IMG/VR virus record: IMGVR_UViG_3300029179_000004
Location: 1 to 44,883 of that record
DNA: 44,883 nt
Reading direction: 5' to 3' (one strand)
Source: a virus
Lineage: Duplodnaviria > Caudoviricetes
Below, piece by piece: positions 17,371 to 28,134 of this stretch. How positions within the stretch are numbered: position 1 is the stretch's first letter; every line of letters starts with the position of its first letter. Both the position numbers and the translations under genes were made by a program. A model generated the notes under the pieces. That model had not been told where the DNA came from. It was given only the letters and a program-made list of their open reading frames with translations, and did no database searches.

Positions 17371-17803
17371 TCCTCGTATGGTAACCTGGGTCGTAGCTTC
17401 GGTGAGTCAACATTATCTTGACAACGGCGGAGGGATCAAGATTTATTTTGATTCGTACAAGCCTATCAAGTACGAGCCTATGTGGGTTCTAGTTGGTCTG
17501 GGGGACATACGTGTAGAATATCGAACCTCGAATGCTTGTGAAATATTTTTCTCAACCCAAGCGACTTGTTATGCTATTAGGCACGAGTCGATTCACTTTG
17601 AGATCGAGAGAGTATTAGGGTCCATGGCGGAGATAGCATCAAAGCTATGCGAGATAAGAGAATGTGGCTATAACGATTCGACAAACAATGTAGCGGTGAG
17701 ACTAAATCATTATCATCCGATGGAAATCGTGAATGACGGTTTGATTCCAACATCCGATTTGTTAGTAGGGCGTGTGAGAGCGTTCTACAGGGGGGTATTC
17801 TAA
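17357..17803 (+). CDS. Putative tail terminator/completion protein
   Basis: 148 aa immediately upstream of the tail tube gene; positional call. Confidence 0.5.
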   Translation: MRHFDPRMVTWVVASVSQHYLDNGGGIKIYFDSYKPIKYEPMWVLVGLGDIRVEYRTSNACEIFFSTQATCYAIRHESIHFEIERVLGSMAEIASKLCEIRECGYNDSTNNVAVRLNHYHPMEIVNDGLIPTSDLLVGRVRAFYRGVF

Positions 17804-18561
17804 TGGCCGGCAACGTAGTGATGACTTTGAAGGACACGGATATTTATCTTCGTGACGGGTATCCAATCGGCGGCGTGTCTGGATTAGTCCAATTTGCGAT
17901 AAACAATGCAGGGGGTTATTCATCTTCTGCAACGACGATGATAATTGACACGGGAGTAGGGAGTCTGTTCGTCGGTGACCGTTTCACGGTAACGGGGTCA
18001 ACGGCGAAGCACCGTATTACTGCGAGGACGAACACATCAGGGAACACGACGTCAGTTACATTCACGCCGGGTCTCACCGGATCTGTTGCGGACAATGCGC
18101 TATTGTCATTCTTGCCGCGTTACTATCAGGTGGTAGTAGGACAAGGGGACGCATCAGTAGACTGGGAGAAGCCGAGAAAAGTGAAGTTATCGCGAGGCCG
18201 ATTGTCTTCGATTATTAATGATGACGAGAAGCCGACGACATTCAACTGTGAAGTGGATGTCGATTTCTTTACGGGAGTCGCGGGAACAAAATTGCCGACC
18301 ATCTTTGACGTGTTAGATCAAACTGGAGAAGCATCGCATTGGGTTTCTTCGGACACAGCAAATCCTTGCCAACCGTATTCCGTCGAACTGGTTATCGCGC
18401 ATAAATATCCATGCGGCGGGTATGATTGGAACATCTTGAGGCTTCCGACGTTTCGTTACGACAGTCAGAGTATTAAGATGAAAGAAGGGACGCTAACTCT
18501 GAAAGGAATATCGAATGAGGTCAAGCCGATATTTGAATTAATCGCGGATTACACACCATGA
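17803..18561 (+). CDS. Putative major tail tube protein with an inserted beta module
   Basis: Position before the chaperones and tape measure gene; beta-rich tube-like C-terminal half. Confidence 0.7.
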   Translation: MAGNVVMTLKDTDIYLRDGYPIGGVSGLVQFAINNAGGYSSSATTMIIDTGVGSLFVGDRFTVTGSTAKHRITARTNTSGNTTSVTFTPGLTGSVADNALLSFLPRYYQVVVGQGDASVDWEKPRKVKLSRGRLSSIINDDEKPTTFNCEVDVDFFTGVAGTKLPTIFDVLDQTGEASHWVSSDTANPCQPYSVELVIAHKYPCGGYDWNILRLPTFRYDSQSIKMKEGTLTLKGISNEVKPIFELIADYTP

Positions 18562-19004
18562 AAATGCAGAATGTAGATTTTGAATGTGATCGATCGATGA
18601 CGGTCCCCATTCCACGGGGACCGAATACTGTATATTTCACTGCTACTTATGTCAACGATTACTCTGACTTTGAGGCACTCGTTCCTGAGCCTAAGAAGCA
18701 GCAAGTGATAGGCAAGAACGGAGAGAGAACAGAGCGAGAGACGGAGGAGTATAAAAAAGAGAAGGAGGAATACGGGCTCAAGAGGAGTTTTTGGATCATT
18801 TACAAGTCACTGGAAAAAACTGAGGGGCTTGTGTGGGAGACGGTGAAAGAGAATGACCCTGATTCTTGGGCTAAGATCGATGATGAACTGAAGGCGGCGA
18901 AATTTAGTTTCTTGGAAAGATCGCATCTCTATGAACAAGTGTGGACGATCAACGGACTGAATCAGAAGATGATCGACAGTACGCAAAAACTTTTTTTTTG
19001 GTAG
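18558..19004 (+). CDS. Tail assembly chaperone (gpG-like)
   Basis: Between tail tube and tape measure genes; ends at slippery AAAAACTTTTTTTTTG. Confidence 0.65.
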   Translation: MKMQNVDFECDRSMTVPIPRGPNTVYFTATYVNDYSDFEALVPEPKKQQVIGKNGERTERETEEYKKEKEEYGLKRSFWIIYKSLEKTEGLVWETVKENDPDSWAKIDDELKAAKFSFLERSHLYEQVWTINGLNQKMIDSTQKLFFW

Positions 19005-19017
19005 TGGTCAAGGGCTA

Positions 19018-19236
19018 GTGGAGAAGAAGATACGAATGCCTAAACATCGTAGTATGCAATATGCGATGTACAGAGCGTGCGAGCGTTTTGGTATCATTCC
19101 GCCAAATACTCAAGCTCGATGGGACGACATGCACAGCTGGCAGCATGCGCTGTTGATCGGCTATGATCAAATCAGACAGATGGAAGAAGTGGAGATGATG
19201 GCTTATGGCGTCAACCTTCAAGCCGCTCAGCTTTAA
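19018..19236 (+). CDS. Tail assembly chaperone second segment (gpT-like)
   Basis: Open in the +1 frame from the T9 run; ACERFGIIPP...W motif. Confidence 0.6.
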   Translation: MEKKIRMPKHRSMQYAMYRACERFGIIPPNTQARWDDMHSWQHALLIGYDQIRQMEEVEMMAYGVNLQAAQL

Positions 19237-19669
19237 CAATGTGATGGCCGAGTTAGAGACCAAGATAGAGAAGGATTTGAAAGAGACGTTCAAGCAGGTA
19301 GTCGAAGAAATGGCCCCTCGCATTCCTGTCGACTACGGTCTGGCTCGGTCAACCTTGAAGGAAGTGGGAAGGGATGTTGGAGCGAGAGTAGATATCAGTC
19401 CTCGACGAGCGAGTCCGACGGCCAGGCACAAACAAGACTCAAGGGATGTGATCAAGTCTCCCTCGAGTGGGAAATTCTTTGTGACGATAGTTCGGCTCAA
19501 GCTATCGTTTGAAATGAGGATCGACTTAAACTATCTGATCTTCAACGATTCAGGATCGCGGATACCTTCAGCGCCTTGGAGAGCGTTCGCGAGCGGTTAT
19601 GAAAAAATGGTCCGAGTGTCGAAAGAGCTAATCTATCAAGGGGTTCCCAAATGGCTGAAGAAATCCTAA
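19205..19669 (+). CDS. Putative neck/tail-completion protein (HK97 gp10-like)
   Basis: RIPVDYGLARS resembles the PVDTG.LR.S motif; NYLIFND. Confidence 0.5.
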   Translation: MASTFKPLSFNNVMAELETKIEKDLKETFKQVVEEMAPRIPVDYGLARSTLKEVGRDVGARVDISPRRASPTARHKQDSRDVIKSPSSGKFFVTIVRLKLSFEMRIDLNYLIFNDSGSRIPSAPWRAFASGYEKMVRVSKELIYQGVPKWLKKS

Positions 19670-22600
19670 AGCTAAGTGCTGACGTAACGCAATTCGTTAG
19701 CGCCCTTGATCGAGCAACGAAAAGTTTAACCGACTTCAATGCTGCTGGTTTACAGGCAGTTCTCGCAGCGAATAAATTAAATTTTCCAGCGGCTGCTTCA
19801 GGAACTCAGCAACTCAGTCAACAGCTATCCACGCTAGGAAATCAGACTGGGCGTGTTACGACGTTGTTTAATACAGCCGGTGCTGCGGGCGTTTCATTCG
19901 CGGGCAATATGAGCATCGCAACTGCGGCAGTGGCAGCGTTAGGAGCTGCGTTTGCTACGTTACCTCAGACGATAGCGTTGGACAAATCACTGGCTGAGAT
20001 CGGGACCATCGCACAGCAAATCAATGTACCGTTGTCCGAAATTAGTAACAACGTGAGAGGCGTAGCGACTCAATTCGGATTGACCAACGCGGAAGTTGCA
20101 GCGGCTGCATATCAAGGCTTGTCGAATAGTGTCATCACAAGCCGAGAGAGTTTTCAGTTTCTGAACGACCAAGCAGCGTTGGCGAGAGTGGGTCAGACTT
20201 CATTGGCGAATGCGATCGATGCGACATCGTCGGTGTTGAACTCATACGGATTGAGTCTTGAGCGGACGACATCGATCAATGCGCAGTTGTTTGAATCAGT
20301 GAGGCTAGGCCGATTTCGTTTTTCCGAGATAGCGAATACGATCGGTCGAGTGACTCCATTGGCGGCTGAATTAAACATCCCGCTTAACGACCTACTAGGT
20401 GCATTATCGACGATCACACAACGAGGAGTTCGAGCATCAGAAGCCTTGACGCAAGTATCTGGTGTGTTCCGAGCGTTGCTTGCAGCGCGTGAAGGATCTG
20501 CGTTAGGTGATGAGATTCGGACAGCGACAGGGTTCGCTTCTGGTGCGGATTTAGTGAGGACGGAAGGCTTGATCGGAACTCTGAGGGTGTTGGCGGATTT
20601 AGGTCAAAGATCAAGTGGAGAGATTTCGAGATTGCTCCCGAATGTCCGCTCATTGATTGGTGCGTTAAACCTCGGAGCCGGGTCGCGGGGAACAGAACAG
20701 TTTCGTGCAGTGTCAGAGAGCATTTTGAATTCAACGGAGAGTTTCAGGCAAGCGCAGGAGATCATTCAATCAACACCCGGTGTGCGAGTTGAGCAAGAAT
20801 TCCAGAGAGTCAAGAACGCAATCGAGAACACGCTAGGCACGGCCCTGGTCAAAATTTTTGATGACTTGAACACGCAATCAGGAGGTTTTGCTAGGTCGTT
20901 GCAATCCTCGCTCGATGTGTTAAAGGGCATATTAGAAGTAGGAGGCTCGATCGCTGGAGCACTCGGCACTGGATTTGGAGCAGTCATTCGAGGTCTGGAA
21001 AAGATCGAGAGTGTATTTCCGATCTTCGAAGGCTTTCGGAACGCGATTAAAGGAATTTTTGACGGCATCAGTGCCCTAGGCGGAGGTTCTAACATCGATG
21101 CACAAACGGAATTGGTGAGGAGGTTAGCGGACAGTGAAAGGGCAGTGCGTGAGCGTCAAGATCGAGATGCTGAGGCTTCATCGAGAGCGTTTGACCAACG
21201 GCTACAGGAAACGACAACCGCGTTCGGACGAGCATTTGCGACGATCAATCAACAGCTAGTAACTGCTCGAGAGTCATTGCGCCTGGGCCTCGAAGCTTCG
21301 GCAGATGCCTTATCGGGGGCGGCGAGGAATGTAACGAGAGATGCAGAAGAGAGAGTTCGCAAAGCCCAACAGGATGTGTCGAGGTTAGAAAGTTTGATCC
21401 GTCGAGCAGATGTTCGAGCAGAAACAGCGAGAGCGGTGGCGGTACCTGAGTTACCGACAGCGTCGTTGATTCGAGGACAGGCGGAGAGAATTACACCTGT
21501 CTCTCAAGAGACTGCGAGATTTATTAGTGAGCAAGGCATTCAGGGAGTGCAAATTCGAGGTGGAGACAATCGACCAGCATTCTTCGAACGGGATCTTGAA
21601 GTAGCCACGAGGGTGCGAGCTCTTCGTGACCAGTCGAACAGCTTGCAAACTCAAATCAATGAGCTTGAAGCGAACATCGGTCGAAACAGAACTCAAACGG
21701 ATGCTGTGTCCGTGCAGCAAGTGCAGAATGATTTAGAGACGCTGCGACGTTTGATTACCGAGCAACGTAACATCAATGTCCAAGTTCAAACAGCAATCCG
21801 ACAACGAACGATTGAGCGTGGGTTAACGCCTGGCACTTCATTTGTTGACACCGGAACAGGTGCTGCGCAAGCTGCGGAAGTAAACGCGTTACAAGGAATC
21901 CTAAACGGGCTTAACGATCGAATTCAGCAAGCGAGAGCGACGGGGAATGCTGAGGAAGTAGCGAGGTTGACGCAGCAGATAGCGTTGGTCAGGCAGCAGC
22001 AAGCGCAGATAGCGTTGCCCGCGAATCAACCGCAAGGGGCGAACACGAGAGAGGCCGTAGAGTTACGAATTCAGAGGATAGTGCAAGAGACTGCGAGAAT
22101 CCAGGCTGAAGCAGCGAGAGCAGCATTGCAAGCGGCCCGAGAGCGGGAGCGAGAAGCGGAAGCGAGACAGAATGCGTTGACTCGGTCAGTACAAGCAGTG
22201 ACCCGTTTTGATTTCTTGACGAGCTCAGGTAATTTGGCAGAGCGATTTCGGCAACAAGCTGGGGCCCAATTGCCGAACGCAGGTATTCGTCGACAGACTG
22301 AAGCAGCCGGGACTGCCGCACTTGCGGAGTTTGATCGACTCTCAGACCAGACGATTCAGAGAGCGCGTGAAGCCGGTGCGAGTAATGAGTCGATCAACAA
22401 CTTGATTCTTCAGCTTGGTCAGCAGCGTGTTCAAATCGTCCGACAGATTGAACAAGCAGTGACCCAAACGATCGTGTCACAAACTCAGCAACGTGCAAAT
22501 GCTGAGCGAGACGCAATTAGACAAGCAGAGCGGGAGGGTGCTGATCTTCGTCGTCAAGGTCAAACGGGTGTCAGTCAGCAGACAGATCAGATTGTGCGGG

Positions 22601-23580
22601 CTCTCACGACCGCGTTAGACGCTCTCCGTGCTGCTCCGGGCCCGAGGCCTGCTATCCCTGCATTAGGAGTTCCGTTAGATCCCGCTGCACGAGCTGCTTT
22701 GGAGCAACGCCAGCAGCAAATTCAGCAAGCGGCGACTGCAAGGAACGCGGCAATTCAAGCCGTGCAAGACGCAATTACTGCAAACGACCGGGTCCGTCGT
22801 GCTTCTGGTGACCAAGAACGTATTGCTGGTTTGGGTGCTTTGGATGAAGCGGTTCGTCGAGCTCGCACAGCTTTCGAAGAGTTTCAGCGACTATCCCAGG
22901 CTCTCGGCAACAACACACAAGAAACCGCCGCCGGACGTGCTGCCGCTCAAGAGGCTCTACGTCGAGCGGGGGTCAATGCACCTCTGCCACCTCAAGGCGG
23001 GGAAGCGATCATTCAACGCCTTTTGGAAGGTCTAAATACAGCCGTTGGTCAAATCAATCAAGGCAATGCTCGAACACAAGAAGCCGAGACCCGACGGACT
23101 GAATTGAACACCTTGATCACTGAACTTGGAGTCAACGTTGGCGGGATCAACAATAATGCCGCCGCCTTGGACGCGAATTTAAACAATGCAGGTCAAGCAG
23201 TGCAAACCTTCGGCCAAGCGGTTCAAGACGTTGCTGCTCGCCTCAATCAAATCGCTGTACCAGCTCCGGCCGGAGCTCCGGCTGTCGGTCGTGCGATGGG
23301 GGGATTGATCGGCACCAGCTTCAACACGAACGGTCCGGACAACGTCCTTGCGTATCTTCGCACAGGCGAATTCGTTGTCAATGCAGAATCAACAAGGGCT
23401 TTTTATCCGTTGTTGCGAGCAATCAATGCGTCGAATTCTGTCCCTCGTTTTGCTAGCGGAGGTGTTGCCTCGCAGCACACAGGGGATATAACAATTAATG
23501 TCAATGAGTCAAACAACCCGCAAACAACCGCGAGAGAGATTCTCTCTCTGATTAAGCGGGAACAACGTCTCCGAGGATAA
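19651..23580 (+). CDS. Tail tape measure protein (TP901-like core)
   Basis: 1309 aa, Ala/Gln-rich helical; LAEIGTI, AAYQGLS, VRLGRFRFSEIA; C-terminal AMGG...GPDNV...GEFVVNA...FASGG. Confidence 0.92.
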   Translation: MAEEILKLSADVTQFVSALDRATKSLTDFNAAGLQAVLAANKLNFPAAASGTQQLSQQLSTLGNQTGRVTTLFNTAGAAGVSFAGNMSIATAAVAALGAAFATLPQTIALDKSLAEIGTIAQQINVPLSEISNNVRGVATQFGLTNAEVAAAAYQGLSNSVITSRESFQFLNDQAALARVGQTSLANAIDATSSVLNSYGLSLERTTSINAQLFESVRLGRFRFSEIANTIGRVTPLAAELNIPLNDLLGALSTITQRGVRASEALTQVSGVFRALLAAREGSALGDEIRTATGFASGADLVRTEGLIGTLRVLADLGQRSSGEISRLLPNVRSLIGALNLGAGSRGTEQFRAVSESILNSTESFRQAQEIIQSTPGVRVEQEFQRVKNAIENTLGTALVKIFDDLNTQSGGFARSLQSSLDVLKGILEVGGSIAGALGTGFGAVIRGLEKIESVFPIFEGFRNAIKGIFDGISALGGGSNIDAQTELVRRLADSERAVRERQDRDAEASSRAFDQRLQETTTAFGRAFATINQQLVTARESLRLGLEASADALSGAARNVTRDAEERVRKAQQDVSRLESLIRRADVRAETARAVAVPELPTASLIRGQAERITPVSQETARFISEQGIQGVQIRGGDNRPAFFERDLEVATRVRALRDQSNSLQTQINELEANIGRNRTQTDAVSVQQVQNDLETLRRLITEQRNINVQVQTAIRQRTIERGLTPGTSFVDTGTGAAQAAEVNALQGILNGLNDRIQQARATGNAEEVARLTQQIALVRQQQAQIALPANQPQGANTREAVELRIQRIVQETARIQAEAARAALQAAREREREAEARQNALTRSVQAVTRFDFLTSSGNLAERFRQQAGAQLPNAGIRRQTEAAGTAALAEFDRLSDQTIQRAREAGASNESINNLILQLGQQRVQIVRQIEQAVTQTIVSQTQQRANAERDAIRQAEREGADLRRQGQTGVSQQTDQIVRALTTALDALRAAPGPRPAIPALGVPLDPAARAALEQRQQQIQQAATARNAAIQAVQDAITANDRVRRASGDQERIAGLGALDEAVRRARTAFEEFQRLSQALGNNTQETAAGRAAAQEALRRAGVNAPLPPQGGEAIIQRLLEGLNTAVGQINQGNARTQEAETRRTELNTLITELGVNVGGINNNAAALDANLNNAGQAVQTFGQAVQDVAARLNQIAVPAPAGAPAVGRAMGGLIGTSFNTNGPDNVLAYLRTGEFVVNAESTRAFYPLLRAINASNSVPRFASGGVASQHTGDITINVNESNNPQTTAREILSLIKREQRLRG

Positions 23581-23582
23581 CT

Positions 23583-24107
23583 ATGCGAAAGAGAAAAGAA
23601 CTATTCAAGGCACATGCAGACGTCTTAGAGATCATCGGGACGTTTCACACCGAGCATCGAAGAAACGGTAAACTGATCCGCACTGATGTGATCAAGAACA
23701 TGATCGTCAATGTCGGCAAGAATTACATTCTGCAAACGGCTTTCACCGACGGTACTCAAACAGCGAGTAACTCGTTCTTTATCGGCTGGATCAACAATTC
23801 CGGTTACACGGGTACCGCAGCTACTGACACAATGGCGTCACACGGTGGGTGGACCGAATGGACGAATTATAGTTCATCCACGCGCATAGCTTGGCTCCCT
23901 GTTGCAGGGGCTCAACTTGTCGGAAACGCCGCTACACCTTTGAGTTTCGTGATGAGTTCCGCTGGAACTCTCCAAGGTATTTTCCTCACGACGAATTCGA
24001 CCAAAGGCGGCACAACTGGAAATCTGATTTCGACGGCTCTTTACACGACGCCGAACACGGTGGCGGTGAATGACGACATCCGAACTGTTTACGTCTATAA
24101 CATGTAG
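23583..24107 (+). CDS. Virion tail protein
   Basis: NMIVNVGKNYIL, AATDTMASHGGWTE, GTLQGIFL; follows the tape measure gene. Confidence 0.6.
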   Translation: MRKRKELFKAHADVLEIIGTFHTEHRRNGKLIRTDVIKNMIVNVGKNYILQTAFTDGTQTASNSFFIGWINNSGYTGTAATDTMASHGGWTEWTNYSSSTRIAWLPVAGAQLVGNAATPLSFVMSSAGTLQGIFLTTNSTKGGTTGNLISTALYTTPNTVAVNDDIRTVYVYNM

Positions 24108-24112
24108 TTACT

Positions 24113-24952
24113 ATGGCAACGATCTTCAAGAGCTTCAATGAGTTTGTTTTTGTCGTGGACACGGCGATACTATCAGTACCACCGCAGGCTGATTATTTCT
24201 CCGAATCCGTGGTTGTCGTTGAAACTCTTGAAACTAATTTGAAAAGTACCTTCTTCGAAGAAAACGTTGAAATACTTGAAGAGTTTTACCGCTTCAAGAT
24301 ATCTGACTCTGAGTGGGCCGAGCAAGTATATGTTTATGACACCTTCACTCGGCCCCAGCATGTATTTTTCCAAGAGAATGTATCGATTACGGATACTGTG
24401 ACGAAAGGAGGCAAAGCCGAGTTCGCAGAGCAAGTATCGATTAGCGATTCTTTGGCCACCTCCCGAGGTTTTACGGAGCAAGTTGTTATCGCGGATACTT
24501 TCACAACAGAAGCGAGCCGAGCATTCTCACGAAGCGAGTTAGTTTCCATCAAAGATACTTTTTCCAGCTATGTAAAGAGCTCGCATGTCTGCGCTCCAGT
24601 AGTCATTCCGACTTCGTTCACACTTGGACCTATTGAACTCCCGGCTCCAGAGTTCGAAGACACGATTGATGTTGAACCTGCGAGAATTTATCGGCAAACT
24701 CGAGGTAATGACTTGGAGGTATATCGATCGAATGAATGGCCTGAAGCAGTACGCTACCGCTACACGTTCAAGCACTTGAAAAAAGATGTGGCCTACAGAG
24801 TTCTTGACTATCTTCGTGACAACGCAGGTAAAGACATTTCGATTACTTATCGAGGCCCTATGACTGTGACAGTTGTGAAACCCGATGCGAAAATCACAGA
24901 GTTATTCCGTCCAGGATTATCCTACGATCTCGAGTTGGAGTTTGAACAATGA
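24113..24952 (+). CDS. Distal-tail-like protein with FxExVxIxD repeats
   Basis: Repeats as in 12439-13734; C-terminal LPAPEFED...YDLELEFE. Confidence 0.55.
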   Translation: MATIFKSFNEFVFVVDTAILSVPPQADYFSESVVVVETLETNLKSTFFEENVEILEEFYRFKISDSEWAEQVYVYDTFTRPQHVFFQENVSITDTVTKGGKAEFAEQVSISDSLATSRGFTEQVVIADTFTTEASRAFSRSELVSIKDTFSSYVKSSHVCAPVVIPTSFTLGPIELPAPEFEDTIDVEPARIYRQTRGNDLEVYRSNEWPEAVRYRYTFKHLKKDVAYRVLDYLRDNAGKDISITYRGPMTVTVVKPDAKITELFRPGLSYDLELEFEQ

Positions 24953-27828
24953 GACTACTCAGCTCACAAGCTTTGTTGGAGATTAACACAGCAAAAGGGT
25001 CTCGTCCAAACTTAGTCATCGAAATTGACTGGGGCTCGGGGGTCTACAACCGCTACGGAGACAAGTTTGATTTTGACAATCACGTCGAGGGGTCGATATT
25101 AAGTGTGAGCCCGATTGATGATATTATCAACGTCAGTGGGAGCGGAGCATCGCAATCAATCAACATCATCCTCGACGACACGCGAGGGGAGTTGAAGAGC
25201 ATTTTCGATCAGACGGACATCCACAATAAATCCGCGAGGGTTTATCAATGGTATGAGGGCATGCCATTCAGTGATCGCTTTTTGATTTTTTCCGGATCGA
25301 TTGCGGCTCCGATATCGTGGTCTGAAGGAGATAGGAAATTGGCATTTTCTATCTTGTCGAAGATCGAGGATAAGGAAATTGGTTTTTCTGCGGAAGAAGG
25401 GGATTTTGACGACATCCCTGTCGGTCTGGTAGGAAGGGTGTGGCCGCATGTGTTTGGAACGGTCTACAATCTTCCAGCGATGCAATTGGACGCAGCGCCG
25501 AAGGGTGTGACACTGGACGGCACCGGTATCGTTGATCCGAATCTACTGTTGCAAATATCAGACTTGGATCAGCAGATTGCGAATCTGTATGGCGAGGCTC
25601 AGAAAGCAGCGACTGAGTCAAACCGAGTGCGGAACATTGGTGCGCCGAATCCGCCCGCGATAGAGGATCAGGACGCGATCAATCAATCTGATAGTTTGCG
25701 AGAACAGGCCAACTCGCTATTGCAACAAGCTGCTTCTTTACAGGAGACTGCAAACAATCTTCGATACGTGGTAATGCCAGAGCAAGTTGCGGCAGAGAAA
25801 CCGAGCATCCGAGTGCACAACGGAGAGTTGTTTCCTCAATCTTTTTTCGAAGTCGAGTTGAATGGTGCTTTGTATGGCGGGACGATGGTAGGGGCCAATT
25901 ATATGATCGACTACCGGATTCACCCGGGCATTCGGTTGGCCTACAAGGACAGTCTTGCAATCACGAAGTCGCTTCCCAAATTCGCAATCTCAGATCCTAC
26001 GATACGACAACTCTTTCCAGGCAAGTTTGACGTCAACGGGGGCTTTCATTGGGCTGACGCCGGGACCGATTTCAAGATTTATGGAGCCTTCCCTGTTCGC
26101 TGGATCGCAGCCGGCAACCCGTGCACAGTGCTTGCGGTGTCTGCATATCGGCAGGTCAGCGGTCATCGAGTGTTGACGACACTCCCGTCGAATTACTACT
26201 CGGTGTCATACCAAAACTTCGGATCGATCACTGCAACGATCGTAACAACACATCGTCCGTTATCTGATTTGAATCAGGGTTGGGACGACCAGATTTATTG
26301 CACGTTGCGATCGAACACGGCGACGATAGGCGGAGTCTCAGAGAACCCGGTTGAAGTGATCAAGTGGGCAATCGCTCAAACTGCCACCACATACGACCCG
26401 ACGTCCTTCGCTCTCGCCGCATCACAACTGACTGCGTACCCGATGAACTTCGCTTTGACGGAGAAGATGGAAGCGCTGAACTTTATCCGCGACATCGCTT
26501 ATCAAGCGAGGTGCACAGTCTGGGCTCGCGGAGGAATTTGGTTCATTCGATTTTTGCCGGTCACGCCGGCAGTGAGCAAGACGATTGACGAAGCGAACTT
26601 GCTCACCAACACGATGGAAATTACCACGACTCCGACAGAGCAACTAGCTACGGTCTATACTGCAGAATATCGAACAACATATGAAACGGGTGAGTCAAAC
26701 AAAATCATTTTGAGGAACAACGTAACGCGATATGGAACGCACAAGAAAACGTTTCGATTCTATGCTTACAACAATCCGCAACTCGTTCAACACGTTGCCA
26801 CGTTTTGGCTGATTCGGGAATCGAACCTGTTTAAGCGAATCGCATTTGAATCCAATCTCGACATGATCGAGCTCGAAACGTTCGACGCAATCGCTTTGAA
26901 CTTTTCCAACTCTTGGATAGCCAACAGCTCAGTCGTCGGAGTCATTGAATCCGCTCAGTATGACAGCAGTTCATATAAAATCAAGATGACTGTCTGGACC
27001 CCTGTGCGCGTTGGCGAGATGACTCAGTATCTAGGTGCAACGCCCGTCGACTCGATCAGCTTTTTGTATCCGACGGCTCATGATGATCCAGGTGGCGGCG
27101 GAATCGGTGTGAACGCGAGCGGGAGTTTGAAATCACAGAATGGATCAAAGTTCCAAGCGACGCAGCGGGGGGTGCGTCGAAGGAACTCTAATCAGAAACG
27201 ACACGATCACGGAGACTCGTTACCTGGTCAAGCATCGAGCGACTTTAACGATCAGCCTGAGCAACCTCCAGGAGCCGCAGTTTCAACTGACGCGAGGCCA
27301 ACATTTAACTACTCTCTACCTCAGTTAAACTCGACAAGTGTTGCAAATGTCGACATGGAGCCATGGACTGCTCCAGCCGAAATCGTTTCAGGTACAGGGC
27401 CTGAATATCAGCTCAAGATTTACCGCCAAGGTCTGGATAATCCATCGATCGACGCGCCAGGGACCAATGCAGACCCTCAAGATGTCTTGCCCGCTGGGAC
27501 CAAAGTGATGGCATCTAGTGTCGTGTGGAAAGACTCCCAAGGGAATCCCACTCGAAAAATCTACTTTGTTCCTGGTGCTGGGGACCAACGAGTATTTCCT
27601 TGCGAGATTGTTTCCGGTACTGCGAATTCGTATCAATGCAAACTCTACACCGGCGCACTCAACAGCTCCAGCTATCGCGAAGAGACTGTAACACAAATGC
27701 AGATTCATCCTCAGGAAGTCATACCGCCGGGAACCTACACTATCGCGATCTTGACGAAATATACCGACGAATCTGGGACGCCTCAACAACAGTTCACAAT
27801 GCAACTGCCAGTCTTTATTGCGGGGTAA
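24949..27828 (+). CDS. Tail tip/baseplate hub protein with a duplicated C-terminal domain
   Basis: 959 aa; WPHVFGTV, ENPVEVI, IRDIAYQAR; two PxEIVSGT...YQxKxY...PQxVxPxGT units at the end. Confidence 0.7.
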   Translation: MRLLSSQALLEINTAKGSRPNLVIEIDWGSGVYNRYGDKFDFDNHVEGSILSVSPIDDIINVSGSGASQSINIILDDTRGELKSIFDQTDIHNKSARVYQWYEGMPFSDRFLIFSGSIAAPISWSEGDRKLAFSILSKIEDKEIGFSAEEGDFDDIPVGLVGRVWPHVFGTVYNLPAMQLDAAPKGVTLDGTGIVDPNLLLQISDLDQQIANLYGEAQKAATESNRVRNIGAPNPPAIEDQDAINQSDSLREQANSLLQQAASLQETANNLRYVVMPEQVAAEKPSIRVHNGELFPQSFFEVELNGALYGGTMVGANYMIDYRIHPGIRLAYKDSLAITKSLPKFAISDPTIRQLFPGKFDVNGGFHWADAGTDFKIYGAFPVRWIAAGNPCTVLAVSAYRQVSGHRVLTTLPSNYYSVSYQNFGSITATIVTTHRPLSDLNQGWDDQIYCTLRSNTATIGGVSENPVEVIKWAIAQTATTYDPTSFALAASQLTAYPMNFALTEKMEALNFIRDIAYQARCTVWARGGIWFIRFLPVTPAVSKTIDEANLLTNTMEITTTPTEQLATVYTAEYRTTYETGESNKIILRNNVTRYGTHKKTFRFYAYNNPQLVQHVATFWLIRESNLFKRIAFESNLDMIELETFDAIALNFSNSWIANSSVVGVIESAQYDSSSYKIKMTVWTPVRVGEMTQYLGATPVDSISFLYPTAHDDPGGGGIGVNASGSLKSQNGSKFQATQRGVRRRNSNQKRHDHGDSLPGQASSDFNDQPEQPPGAAVSTDARPTFNYSLPQLNSTSVANVDMEPWTAPAEIVSGTGPEYQLKIYRQGLDNPSIDAPGTNADPQDVLPAGTKVMASSVVWKDSQGNPTRKIYFVPGAGDQRVFPCEIVSGTANSYQCKLYTGALNSSSYREETVTQMQIHPQEVIPPGTYTIAILTKYTDESGTPQQQFTMQLPVFIAG

Positions 27829-27831
27829 ACT

Positions 27832-28134
27832 ATGAGTTTGCAGTACCAGGACTTTTTAGACGGTTCAAGGATATTCTATGTCGATCCGCCGACTCTAATT
27901 CCGAAGAACTATTATCAAGATCCTTTTGACGATCGCGTTTGGCGGATGCGATTTCCAGTTTGTCCAAACATAGAATTGAACAAGCGAATCGTGTGTCCCA
28001 ACAACAGAATCAGGTTCAAGACCTACTGTAATAAATATTTAAAAGTCTTGACTCCGCAACAATGTTGTGAGTGCGAGGACGCAGACAAAACGGGAGAGTA
28101 CATTGGCTGTCCAACTCAATCAAACGGTTCCTAA
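27832..28134 (+). CDS. Cys-rich hypothetical protein
   Basis: C...C...C...CCEC...C pattern at the end of the tail block. Confidence 0.6.
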   Translation: MSLQYQDFLDGSRIFYVDPPTLIPKNYYQDPFDDRVWRMRFPVCPNIELNKRIVCPNNRIRFKTYCNKYLKVLTPQQCCECEDADKTGEYIGCPTQSNGS

